Positions 1 through 7,974 of a DNA stretch of 55,834 nt are shown piece by piece. The position numbers and the translations under genes were made by a program. Location of the stretch: assembly GCA_016209865.1 (NCBI GenBank), contig JACQVL010000262.1:1-55834 (forward strand), read 5' to 3'. Numbering within the stretch: position 1 is the stretch's first letter; the number at the start of each line of letters is the position of its first letter. The notes under the pieces are model-generated. The model was not told the DNA's origin. It saw nothing but the letters and a program-made list of their open reading frames with translations, and searched no databases. The DNA comes from Candidatus Latescibacterota bacterium. GTDB taxonomy: Bacteria > JAAXHH01 > JACQVL01.

Positions 1-829
1 CCGCTTTGTTGATCGACACGTACGCGTGTCCCCCGATGCGGGTCTGGAGGAGGGCGTCGAGGTGAGCGGTCGTGCGCTCCAGGTCTTCCTTCGCGCGGCC
101 GATCGTGCCGCTGCGGTAGATCGGCCAGGTGAGGTCAGGGCCGAGGTAGGAGAACGACACGACCCGTGCCCCCTCTGCCAGCGCATCCGCGTCTAACAAC
201 GCTTCCGTCCACCGCCGCAGATCGTCTCCGCCCATCACCGCCACCGTTCCCGTGATGTCGTCGTCAGTCGCCGGGGGAATCGTGATGTCCGTGACGGTCT
301 CGGTGTTCAGGTCGATCGTCTTGCTCGTGTAGGGAGCGCCGATCGGTCGCAGGGCCGAGGTCGAGACCGCGCCCGTCTGCGGGTCGGTCCGGCGGGGCGC
401 GGCGACGCTGTAGATGACGACGTCAGCCTGTCCCATCACGGCCTTCAGCCGGAGGATCGTGTCCCGCTTGACCGCGTCGGAGAAGGCATCCCCGTTCAGG
501 TTGAGGGACTGGTGTCCATCCTGTCGTGCCCGCTGGTGGAGGGCGGCGGTGTTGTAGTACCCGGCGGTGCCGGTCTTCGTCCCTTCGCCCGGGCGTTCGT
601 AGAAGACGCCGAACGTCTCCGCGCCGTACAGCCAGGTGGCCGCGACCCGCGCCGCCAGCCCGTAGCCGGTCGACGCGCCGACGACGAGTACCCGGTAGCG
701 TTCTGGGACCGCGCCCCGTTGCGCGCGTGTCACGTCGATCTGCTGTTCCACGTTCCGTGCGCAGCCGACCGTGTGAGCGGTCGTGCAGATAAACCCACGA
801 ATGCGAGGAGACACCACGATGAGTGCCAT
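1..829 (-). CDS. fabV: Enoyl-ACP / trans-2-enoyl-CoA reductase, FabV family. N-terminal 276 codons only; the 3' end runs off the window.
   Basis: Absent from the ORF track because there is no stop codon in the window. My translation from the ATG at 827-829 (rc) reads MALIVVSPRIRGFICTTAHTVGCARNVEQQIDVTRAQRG..VLVVGASTGYGLAARV..GTAGYYNTAA..SLNGDAFS..VIYSVAAPRR..VAVMGGDD..LTWPIYRSGTIGRAKEDLE. This is colinear with the FabV N-terminus as I recall it. Confidence 0.85.
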   Translation of the reverse strand, partial: MALIVVSPRIRGFICTTAHTVGCARNVEQQIDVTRAQRGAVPERYRVLVVGASTGYGLAARVAATWLYGAETFGVFYERPGEGTKTGTAGYYNTAALHQRARQDGHQSLNLNGDAFSDAVKRDTILRLKAVMGQADVVIYSVAAPRRTDPQTGAVSTSALRPIGAPYTSKTIDLNTETVTDITIPPATDDDITGTVAVMGGDDLRRWTEALLDADALAEGARVVSFSYLGPDLTWPIYRSGTIGRAKEDLERTTAHLDALLQTRIGGHAYVSINKA

Positions 830-875
830 GCAAACGCTCCTTCGCTGTGTATGCGACGAGGACTAAGGAGGCGAC

Positions 876-1760
876 GTGCCGTTCGGTGAACTGGCCGCCC
901 TCGGCTGTGCGGTCTTCTGGTCGTCGTCGAACGTGGTGATGAAATCCCAGATTCGACGCATCGACGTCATCCCGATCAACGCGCTCCGGTACATGTTCAG
1001 CTTCATCTTCTACGCGGTACTGCTCTGGGTGACCCACCGATGGGGACTCGTGATCAGTTTCCCTCGTCCCGCCCTGGCCTACCTGATGCTCTCGATGGCG
1101 ATCGGTCTCGTCACCGGGGATACCCTCCACTTGAAAGCGATCGAGCTGTTAGGCGTATCACGGGCGACCCCCATCGCCAACGTTTATCCGTTGTTCGCTC
1201 TCCTGCTGGCGGTCGTCTTTCTCGGTGAGCCGATCACCCTGTCGATCGTGCTGGGCGCGATGGCGATCACCGCCAGTCTGTACCTGATCGTCGCCCCACG
1301 TCCACACGAGCCACGCGATGATCCCGCCGAATCGGCCATTCGCAAGAAAGGGACGCTGATCGCCTTGACGGCGGCGATCTGCTGGGCGTGTTCGACGATC
1401 CTCCTCAAACTCGGCCTGCAAGACGTGGATGTCCTCGTCGCCAGCGGCATCCGGATCACCGCCGCCGGGGTGCCCTTAGTGCTGCTGGCTTACGTGCGCA
1501 AGGGGGTGACCTGGTTCAAGCGGGAACGACGCCAGGGGCTGGGGATGATCCTCCTCGCCAGCCTGAGCGGGCCGTGCGTCGGCAGTCTGCTGTTCATGGT
1601 CGCCGTGCAGTACGCCGGAGCGGGCAAAGCCGCGGTGCTGACGGCCACCGCGCCGCTGTATGCCGCGCTGTTTTCCCTGGTCTTCTTGGGGGAGAAACTG
1701 ACCGTCAGGCTCATCGCCGGGATCGTCCTGTCCATCCTCGGCCTGTGGCTCATTCTGTGA
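876..1760 (+). CDS. EamA/DMT-family membrane transporter
   Basis: 294 aa. GTG start lies 6 nt after SD TAAGGAGG (862-869). About ten hydrophobic helices arranged as two EamA-like halves. Confidence 0.85.
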   Translation: MPFGELAALGCAVFWSSSNVVMKSQIRRIDVIPINALRYMFSFIFYAVLLWVTHRWGLVISFPRPALAYLMLSMAIGLVTGDTLHLKAIELLGVSRATPIANVYPLFALLLAVVFLGEPITLSIVLGAMAITASLYLIVAPRPHEPRDDPAESAIRKKGTLIALTAAICWACSTILLKLGLQDVDVLVASGIRITAAGVPLVLLAYVRKGVTWFKRERRQGLGMILLASLSGPCVGSLLFMVAVQYAGAGKAAVLTATAPLYAALFSLVFLGEKLTVRLIAGIVLSILGLWLIL

Positions 1761-1766
1761 GACCGG

Positions 1767-2609
1767 CTACAACGGAACGGGCGTCCGCTGCCGCCGGGTG
1801 AACGACATCGCGTCCGTATACTCGCACGCGCGGGCTAATTCCGCCACGCTGTCGAAATCCTTCCCGATGTCCTCCGCGTAATGCGCGTCAGACGCGGTCG
1901 TGATGGCGATGCCACGACGGGCGAACGCCTCGAGGAGCGGGCGCTCCGGGTAGAGCCGGCCGACCGGCTTGCGCAGACCGGCGGAACTGATCTCGACGCA
2001 GAGGCCGGGCTGGCAGGCGACCAACTCCGCCAGTTCCTCGTAAAGAGCCGTCATGTCCATCGTCGGCAGGTAGCCGAACACCTTGATCAGGTCGGGATGG
2101 GACATCGAGTTGAAGCAGCCGGTCTGCACCGCCTGGCCGAGCAGCCTGAAATACTCCCGGTAGACGTCGTTGACATCCCGGCGGTCCCATTCCGGCTTGT
2201 GCTCCGTGAGGTCGAACCCCCATTCTCCGATCCAGTGGACGGAGCCGAGGACGAAATCCCACGGATAGCCGTTCACGACCCGTTCGATGGCCGGTTCCTT
2301 CCCTTCCATGTAGTCCATCTCGATCCCGACCTTCACCGGGAGTCCCTGACGCTGCGCGTCGAGCAGGAGATTCACGTACACATCCATGTCATAGAAACAC
2401 TTATCCCGCGCCCACGGCCTGTCCACGATGTCACTCGCCTGGGTGAAATGGTACACATGCTCGGTGATGGCGATCTCGCTGACCCCTCGCGCCGTGGCGA
2501 CCTCGACGAATCGCCGGATGGTGTCGAGCGGGTCTGACCCCTCAGGCCGGGTGTCGGGCGTCCGCCCGAACGGGTAGTAATTCTCCACGTGCATGTGATA
2601 GTCGAGCAT
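1767..2609 (-). CDS. PHP-domain phosphoesterase, histidinol-phosphatase (HisJ/HisK-like) family
   Basis: 280 aa. N-terminal DYHMH metal motif and later H/D ligands (ITEHVYH, SHPD, TASDAH), typical of the PHP fold. Confidence 0.8.
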   Translation of the reverse strand: MLDYHMHVENYYPFGRTPDTRPEGSDPLDTIRRFVEVATARGVSEIAITEHVYHFTQASDIVDRPWARDKCFYDMDVYVNLLLDAQRQGLPVKVGIEMDYMEGKEPAIERVVNGYPWDFVLGSVHWIGEWGFDLTEHKPEWDRRDVNDVYREYFRLLGQAVQTGCFNSMSHPDLIKVFGYLPTMDMTALYEELAELVACQPGLCVEISSAGLRKPVGRLYPERPLLEAFARRGIAITTASDAHYAEDIGKDFDSVAELARACEYTDAMSFTRRQRTPVPL

Positions 2610-2621
2610 GAAGGGTTCCTT

Positions 2622-2676
2622 AGTGGTCGGTGGTCAGTGGTCGGTTAAATCAGTGACGAGTGACCAGTGACGAGTA
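2622..2676. repeat. Two abutting heptamer arrays (GGTCGGT class + AGTGACG class)
   Basis: GTGGTCG GTGGTCA GTGGTCG GT (2623-2645), then TAAAT, then CAGTGAC GAGTGAC CAGTGAC GAGT (2651-2675). It is the inverted partner of 3817-3877. Confidence 0.9.
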
Positions 2677-2751
2677 AAACAACCTCTTCTGAAGGAATGA
2701 TATACATCCCGCTCCCGAAAATCAAACGAAATCTCATCAGCCGCGTCCGGC

Positions 2752-2780
2752 TTGACAGTCTGCCAACCCGTCTCTATATT
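2752..2780 (+). promoter_or_regulatory. sigma70-like promoter for the 2832 gene / trmB
   Basis: TTGACA (2752-2757), exactly 17 nt of spacer, then TATATT (2775-2780). It lies 52 nt upstream of the GTG at 2832, which has SD GGAGAA at 2818-2823. Confidence 0.5.
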
Positions 2781-2831
2781 GAAATCGCCGTCTTGGTCGT
2801 CCTCTATCCCTTCATGGCCGGAGAATGATCG

Positions 2832-3188
2832 GTGCCCCACGTGATCGTTGATGGACCGTGTTCCGTCGAACAGTATTATACGACATTCCGTCCGACTGGC
2901 TATCAGGATCGAGGGATCGTCTTCAAAACGACGGAGTGTTTTCTTAATTCCAGACGGACGGAAGCGCTAGTCGACAGCGTGGTCGTGGAAGGCGGGCGAC
3001 CTCAGCAGTTCTTCATCTGGCTGATCCAACGGGATGGCGGGGTGATGATCCGGCTGCTCCCGGCCACGGACCCGGAGAAGACGGAGGGGATCAAGCGGCT
3101 GATCGTGCACGTGGCCGCCGCCATTAAGGCTCAGCATCCCGATTGCCGGTACGGAAACACGAACCTGCAAGGGTATGTGAGTGGCTGA
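2832..3188 (+). CDS. Hypothetical protein, 118 aa, no family recognised
   Basis: GTG start with an SD and the promoter above. The composition is protein-like (not R/P/G-rich). The 3' end overlaps the trmB ORF by 8 nt. Confidence 0.6.
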   Translation: MPHVIVDGPCSVEQYYTTFRPTGYQDRGIVFKTTECFLNSRRTEALVDSVVVEGGRPQQFFIWLIQRDGGVMIRLLPATDPEKTEGIKRLIVHVAAAIKAQHPDCRYGNTNLQGYVSG

Positions 3189-3804
3189 CCTGATGATCCA
3201 GATCAGCGCCCTGGACGGTCCGTTCGACTGGGTCGCCCTGTTCGGGAACGCGAGTCCGGTCGAGGTCGAGATCGGGTGCGGGAAGGGCCGGTTCCTGATC
3301 GCCTCCGCCATGCAGTATCCGGACGTGAACTATGTCGGGATCGAGCGAGCCGTCCGGTATTTCCGCATCGTCAAGGAACGGGTCGCCAGACGCGCCCTGA
3401 CGAACGTCCGGCTGCTCTGTGACGATGCCGGGTATTTCGTCCGGAAGTTCATTCCCGATGGGTCGATCGGGGCGTATCACGTCTACTTCCCGGACCCCTG
3501 GCCGAAGAAGCGGCATCGCAAGCGCCGGCTGTTCCAGGGAGACTTTCCCGCCCATCTTGCGCGGACCCTCTGCGCGGAGGGGACGATCGATCTCGCCACG
3601 GATTATGAGGAATATTTCAGCGAGATCGTCAGTCTGCTCGATGCCTGTCCCGGCCTACGTCGCATGTCCGGCCTGCCCGACCGGGTCCGTCTGCTGGGAA
3701 CCGGCGTGACGAACTTTGAGGTTAAGTATACAGCAGAAGGCCGTTTGATCTACCGGGCGGCGTTCCGGAAGACCGATGATGGATTCCCGCTTGCGCAGGA
3801 ATGA
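3181..3804 (+). CDS. trmB: tRNA (guanine46-N7)-methyltransferase
   Basis: 207 aa. Motifs VEIGCGKGRFL (SAM-binding) and YFPDPWPKKRHRKRR are hallmark TrmB motifs. The start is GTG 3181 or ATG 3193. The last 7 codons plus the stop are encoded by a repeat core (see findings). Confidence 0.9.
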   Translation: MADLMIQISALDGPFDWVALFGNASPVEVEIGCGKGRFLIASAMQYPDVNYVGIERAVRYFRIVKERVARRALTNVRLLCDDAGYFVRKFIPDGSIGAYHVYFPDPWPKKRHRKRRLFQGDFPAHLARTLCAEGTIDLATDYEEYFSEIVSLLDACPGLRRMSGLPDRVRLLGTGVTNFEVKYTAEGRLIYRAAFRKTDDGFPLAQE

Positions 3805-3877
3805 CGACCGTTCTTCTCGTCACTCGTCACTGGTCACTCGTCACTGATTCTTACCGACCACCGATCACCGACCACCG
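3781..3877. repeat. Composite element: inverted core hairpin + CGTCACT array + ACCGACC array
   Basis: Core (reverse orientation) GGATTCCCGCTTGCGCAGGAATGAC at 3781-3805. CTCGTCA CTCGTCA CTGGTCA CTCGTCA CTGA at 3817-3847. CCGACCA CCGATCA CCGACCA CCG at 3854-3877. Confidence 0.9.
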
Positions 3878-3881
3878 TACG

Positions 3882-5069
3882 ATGACTCCTCGTATCATCC
3901 TATACTCTGGCAAAGGCGGCGTCGGGAAGACGACGATCGCGGCGGCGACCGGCCTCCGGTGCGCGGACCTCGGCTATCGGACGCTCATCCTGTCGCTCGA
4001 CATCGCCCATAGCCTGGCCGACTCGTTCGACCTCGACGTCGGACTGCACGAGAAGAACCGTGGCCAGCCGGTGGCTGTCGGGGAACGGCTGTGGATCCAG
4101 GAGATCGACGTCCAGGAGGACGTGGAACGGTACTGGGGGGATGTATACAAATACCTCGCCCTCCTGCTCAATACCACCGGCTTAGACGAGATCATCGCCG
4201 CTGAGCTGGCGATCATCCCGGGGATGGAGGACGTTATCTGTCTGCTCTACATCAACCAGTACCTGACCGAACGCACCTACGACGTGCTCATCCTGGACTG
4301 CGCACCGACCGGGGAGTCGTTACGGTTTATCAGCATGCCCTCCACCCTCGAATGGTACATGGATAAACTCTTTCAACTGGAGCGCAACCTGGCCCGTGTG
4401 GTCCGGCCGATCGCGCGGGCGGTCACGAACGTCCCCCTGCCGGACGACAGTTACTTCCAGGCGCTCGCCGGCCTCTTCACGAAGCTCGAAGGGGTGGATA
4501 CGGTCTTGTTAGATAAAGAACGGACGTCTGTCCGGCTGGTGACGAACGCGGAGAAGATGGTGCTGCGGGAGACGCAGCGGGCGTTCATGTATTTCTGCCT
4601 GTACGGGATGGCGGTCGATTCGGTCATCGTCAACCGGCTCATTCCGGCCGGCGAGGGCGGGGAGTATTTCCAGAAGTGGATCACGACGCAGGAGCGCTAC
4701 CTGGCTCAACTCGAACAGTATTTCGATCCCGTGCCGATCGCCCGCGTGCAGATGTTCGATGACGAGATCATCGGGCTGGAGCGACTGCGACGGCTGTCGG
4801 AACAGCTCTACGGGACGGACGACCCGAGCCGGGTGTTCTACAGCGAGCGCCCGTACGAGTTCACGAAGACGGACGGCCAGTACGTGCTCTCCCTCAAACT
4901 CCCGTTTGTCACGAAAGAGCACGTCGATCTGTTCAAGGAAGAAGGCCAGCTCATCATCCGGATCGGCAGTTTCAAACGCCATGTCTTCCTGCCCCGTGCG
5001 GTCAGCCGTCACACCCCACGGGACGCACGGTTCGAGGGAGATCGGTTGTGTATCACGTTTGAACGATGA
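3882..5069 (+). CDS. ArsA/GET3-family P-loop ATPase with a C-terminal HSP20-like (ArsA_HSP20) domain
   Basis: Start trimmed to the ATG at 3882 (MTPRIILYSGKGGVGKTT, a deviant Walker A). The upstream part of the track ORF is translated heptamer repeat. Also has DCAPTGESLRF, and a C-terminal YVLSLKLPFVTKEHVDLFKEEGQLIIRIGSFKRHVFLP beta-sandwich-like segment. Confidence 0.85.
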   Translation: MTPRIILYSGKGGVGKTTIAAATGLRCADLGYRTLILSLDIAHSLADSFDLDVGLHEKNRGQPVAVGERLWIQEIDVQEDVERYWGDVYKYLALLLNTTGLDEIIAAELAIIPGMEDVICLLYINQYLTERTYDVLILDCAPTGESLRFISMPSTLEWYMDKLFQLERNLARVVRPIARAVTNVPLPDDSYFQALAGLFTKLEGVDTVLLDKERTSVRLVTNAEKMVLRETQRAFMYFCLYGMAVDSVIVNRLIPAGEGGEYFQKWITTQERYLAQLEQYFDPVPIARVQMFDDEIIGLERLRRLSEQLYGTDDPSRVFYSERPYEFTKTDGQYVLSLKLPFVTKEHVDLFKEEGQLIIRIGSFKRHVFLPRAVSRHTPRDARFEGDRLCITFER

Positions 5070-5083
5070 AGGAGGTGACGACG

Positions 5084-5353
5084 ATGGCTGAGAAGACCGA
5101 GACCACAACGAAGGAGACCGAACAGGCTGAAACCAGCCAGGAGTCGTGCGAGCGGCTCTTCACCCTCTCACAACTGCGCAAGCTGCTCCCGCCGGACGAG
5201 ACGCTCGTCGAGTTCGAGCGGCACATTATCCGGTCCCAGATCGAACTCCTGAGGGGGGTTCGGACGCTCGTGGACAGCTACGTGTCCCGGCTGGAACGCC
5301 GGGAGAAGCAGGAACAGCCGAAGCGGGTGAGCAAGATCGAGATCAAGGAATAG
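5084..5353 (+). CDS. Hypothetical small acidic / coiled-coil protein, 89 aa
   Basis: ATG at 5084 lies 8 nt after a perfect SD AAGGAGG (5069-5075), which sits on the stop codon of the ArsA-like gene. The track's start at 5066 is less likely. No family recognised. Confidence 0.55.
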   Translation: MAEKTETTTKETEQAETSQESCERLFTLSQLRKLLPPDETLVEFERHIIRSQIELLRGVRTLVDSYVSRLERREKQEQPKRVSKIEIKE

Positions 5354-5360
5354 AGAAAGC

Positions 5361-5423
5361 AAGGACAAAGGACGAAAGGGCCAAAAAGAACTTTTCGTAC
5401 TTCGTCCTTCGCTTTTCGTCCTT
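5361..5423. repeat. Heptamer-arm hairpin (AAGGACG class) between convergent gene ends; possible terminator
   Basis: AAGGACA AAGGACG AAAGG (5361-5379), an 11-nt loop region, then TTTTCGTACTTCGTCCTTCGCTTTTCGTCCTT (5392-5423) followed by ATTT. Confidence 0.8.
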
Positions 5424-5426
5424 ATT

Positions 5427-6398
5427 TCACGTCCGCACGTACTTCTGCAACACGCACCAATCGGCGGGGGCCCGGCCGCCGGGATAGGACACCGCCACCT
5501 CGCCCACGTACAGGTCGCCCCGCGAATCACACGCAATCCCGTGCGGGCTGAAGTATTGGCCTGCGCCCAACGGGTCGTGCTCCCCCCATTCGGCGAGAAC
5601 TTTCCCGGTCGCATCGCGCACCGTGATCCGCGCGGACGGCCGGCTGAGGTCCGGTTCGCCCATAAACACCCCGCCGACCTCGGCGACGTACAGATGTCCT
5701 TCGGCATCGAGGCACACATCGCACGGCCATCGCACGTCGCGCCACAGGACGATCAACTCACCCTGTGGGCTGAAGACCTGGATGCGGCAGTTCTGACGGT
5801 CACACACGTAGACCAGGCTGTGGCTGTCCACGCAGACATCGTGCGGGGTGACGAACTGGCCGGGACGATCGCCGGGCTCTCCCCACGACAGGACGAGCTG
5901 CCCGTCTGGCGTGAACCGGTGAATCCGGGCGTTGCCGTACCCGTCCGACACGTACAGGTCCCCGCCGGGCGCGACCGCCAACGCGGTCGGGTAATTGAAC
6001 GGCGGGCCGGAGCGGATCACCGACTCTGTCGTGGCGCCGTCATAGCCGGTGTCGGACGGATGATCGGCCGTCTGGATCGTCATCAGCAGCCGGCCGTCGG
6101 TCGTGAACTTGTGGACCGCGTGGCCGCAGTCATCCACGCAGTAGACCGCGTCATCAGGACTGATAAACAGGCCGTGCGGTCGTTTGAAGAACCCTTTGCC
6201 CCATGATCCTAAGAATCGACCCTCACGGTCGAAGACGGTCAGCGGATGCTCGCTCCGGCTGAACACATAGACCCGGTCCCGCGAATCTACCCCGACACCT
6301 GCGACCTCCACGAACGTCCAGCCGGCGGGGAGCTCTCCCCATCCTTTCGCTTCTTCGTAGATGAATGCACCCGATCCAACTCTTCGTGTGTGTGGCAT
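5427..6398 (-). CDS. NHL-repeat six-bladed beta-propeller protein (peptidyl-alpha-hydroxyglycine lyase-like)
   Basis: Start trimmed to the ATG at 6398, with SD AGGAG 8 nt upstream. Repeated blades of the form P.G..V...G.LYV.D..N.RI..F...G. Confidence 0.85.
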   Translation of the reverse strand: MPHTRRVGSGAFIYEEAKGWGELPAGWTFVEVAGVGVDSRDRVYVFSRSEHPLTVFDREGRFLGSWGKGFFKRPHGLFISPDDAVYCVDDCGHAVHKFTTDGRLLMTIQTADHPSDTGYDGATTESVIRSGPPFNYPTALAVAPGGDLYVSDGYGNARIHRFTPDGQLVLSWGEPGDRPGQFVTPHDVCVDSHSLVYVCDRQNCRIQVFSPQGELIVLWRDVRWPCDVCLDAEGHLYVAEVGGVFMGEPDLSRPSARITVRDATGKVLAEWGEHDPLGAGQYFSPHGIACDSRGDLYVGEVAVSYPGGRAPADWCVLQKYVRT

Positions 6399-6427
6399 GT
6401 GCGCTCCTGTTGTGCAATTTGGCCTCT

Positions 6428-6775
6428 TTACAACTCGAACCAACGCTGCAAAACGGATTTGAGATGGACGAACGCAGGATCAGTGCAACGTTCAACACTC
6501 TCGTGTTCCAGGTCATCTCGTGATAGGTGATCTTGCCCACACCCTTCACGGTCGCACATCACCAGGGCGTGGGCATATCGGTTGACGAAGGGTCGGAGGA
6601 AATCATGTCCTGCTAACACGCATCCAGGGTCACGAGCGGGATGTATAAAGATGTCATACGTGAATTGACGGATATCAAGCGCTTGGGATCGGGAGAACAA
6701 ACCTTTGACCGCAAACTCCATATTTTTATCGGAGACAAGCACAACGAGATCTTTCTCAAAGTCGTCGTCTTTCAT
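6428..6775 (-). CDS. Hypothetical 115-aa protein, partner of the upstream ATPase (unknown family)
   Basis: Its ATG overlaps the ATPase stop codon (ATGA at 6772-6775). Low-GC codon usage like the ATPase. Acidic motifs VVLVSDKNME, HPARDPG and VMCDREG. No HNH motif or clear Toprim E..DxD that I can recognise. Confidence 0.6.
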   Translation of the reverse strand: MKDDDFEKDLVVLVSDKNMEFAVKGLFSRSQALDIRQFTYDIFIHPARDPGCVLAGHDFLRPFVNRYAHALVMCDREGCGQDHLSRDDLEHESVERCTDPAFVHLKSVLQRWFEL

Positions 6776-7974
6776 CCCAAGACGCCCCCGGCAAAAAGCA
6801 CTCCCAAATTTGTCTCGCCGCGCCAGTCCTTGAGGGCTGGGTGTTCACTCCCTACCACGATGTCTGTCGCTCCATCCAGGGTTTTTGCGAAGCACAACAC
6901 CTGATTCGCCTCAGCCACACTCAGAATCACTGGAGAATGAGTGGCTAAGAGGATTTGTGCATGATAGACAGATGAGAGAGACTGAAACATCGTTTCCACG
7001 GCTCGTGGATGAATGCCGTTCTCGGGCTCTTCGATGAGGTAGACACCCTGAAAATCTGACAAATAGGCTGGGAGTGTCAATGCCAGGAGACGGAGGGTCC
7101 CATCTGAGACGACCCAGGAGGGAATCTCCCATCCTCCTTGATACCGGATGACCAGATACCGGTGTCGATCATCCGGTCGCTCGATCGTTCGGATATCTTC
7201 GATGTCAGGAAGAGCAGTCTGCACATGTGCGATCCACTCACGAAAGCGATCAGGAGCCTTTTTCTGGAGATTATCCAACACCCACGGTAGGTTGGAACCA
7301 TCCGGTCTGAATCCTCGCCCCTGTCCCGGTGGGCTGGCTTTCCGGATGAGCGCGCTATTCAGGACGAACTGTTGTACCCCTTCGGTCAGCAGTCCTTTTA
7401 ACCAGGTGGTGACTGGAAACTTAGACTCATCTTCGGGGAGGTTGCCCAGTGCAGATTTACGAGGACCGAGTTTGAACGCGGATGCCCAGCCCTTGCCTGG
7501 GAGGTGATACGCTTCAGAATAGTAGTTATCATTGCCGCCGGGAACCTTATGGACAACCGTGCGTAGTCCCCTGGCATTTTTGCGAGTCAGGATGGTATTC
7601 ACCTGATCGATTGGCATAGGAAACATGACACGTTGGATAGGGGACTGTGATTTCGCTCTCTTGAGCAAAGCTTTTTCAGCGAGAATACTGATCTCATCCG
7701 TTCCAGGAGCGAGTCCGATAGCGACTTCGTAGCGAATCGTATCATAGTGATGTTCTGTTAACAGCTTCCGACGATCCTCAGGGATCTGCGCTTCGATCGC
7801 AAGTTCAAACTTCCGTCCTGCCCGTTTCCAGACCAGATCTTGGAAATTGTGAGTCCGTTCACTCACTGCAACTTCAAGCCCATCGGATACTAACCTCCCA
7901 AGAAACGCCACGACATCCAAGAACGTCGTCTTCCCGCTGGCGTTGGGCCCCACAAGGACATGAAACGGTTCCAA
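6772..7974 (-). CDS. SMC/ABC-like AAA_21-type ATPase. The uninterrupted ORF is given here; the true 5' end is probably at 8030 with a 1-nt frameshift.
   Basis: Walker A GPNASGKTT, signature-like SDGTLRLLAL, Walker B VYLIEEPENGIHP and H-loop LLATHSP. The track start is a TTG. An ATG at 8028-8030 with SD GGAAGGGA opens MIAQIETLNFR.. in another frame (see finding). Confidence 0.85.
   Translation of the reverse strand: MEPFHVLVGPNASGKTTFLDVVAFLGRLVSDGLEVAVSERTHNFQDLVWKRAGRKFELAIEAQIPEDRRKLLTEHHYDTIRYEVAIGLAPGTDEISILAEKALLKRAKSQSPIQRVMFPMPIDQVNTILTRKNARGLRTVVHKVPGGNDNYYSEAYHLPGKGWASAFKLGPRKSALGNLPEDESKFPVTTWLKGLLTEGVQQFVLNSALIRKASPPGQGRGFRPDGSNLPWVLDNLQKKAPDRFREWIAHVQTALPDIEDIRTIERPDDRHRYLVIRYQGGWEIPSWVVSDGTLRLLALTLPAYLSDFQGVYLIEEPENGIHPRAVETMFQSLSSVYHAQILLATHSPVILSVAEANQVLCFAKTLDGATDIVVGSEHPALKDWRGETNLGVLFAGGVLG

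Noticed and set aside
2622-3877. Whether the tandem short repeats are CRISPR arrays.
   Set aside because: The units are 7 nt and contiguous, with no spacers. The arrays are at most ~70 nt, and there are no cas genes in the window.
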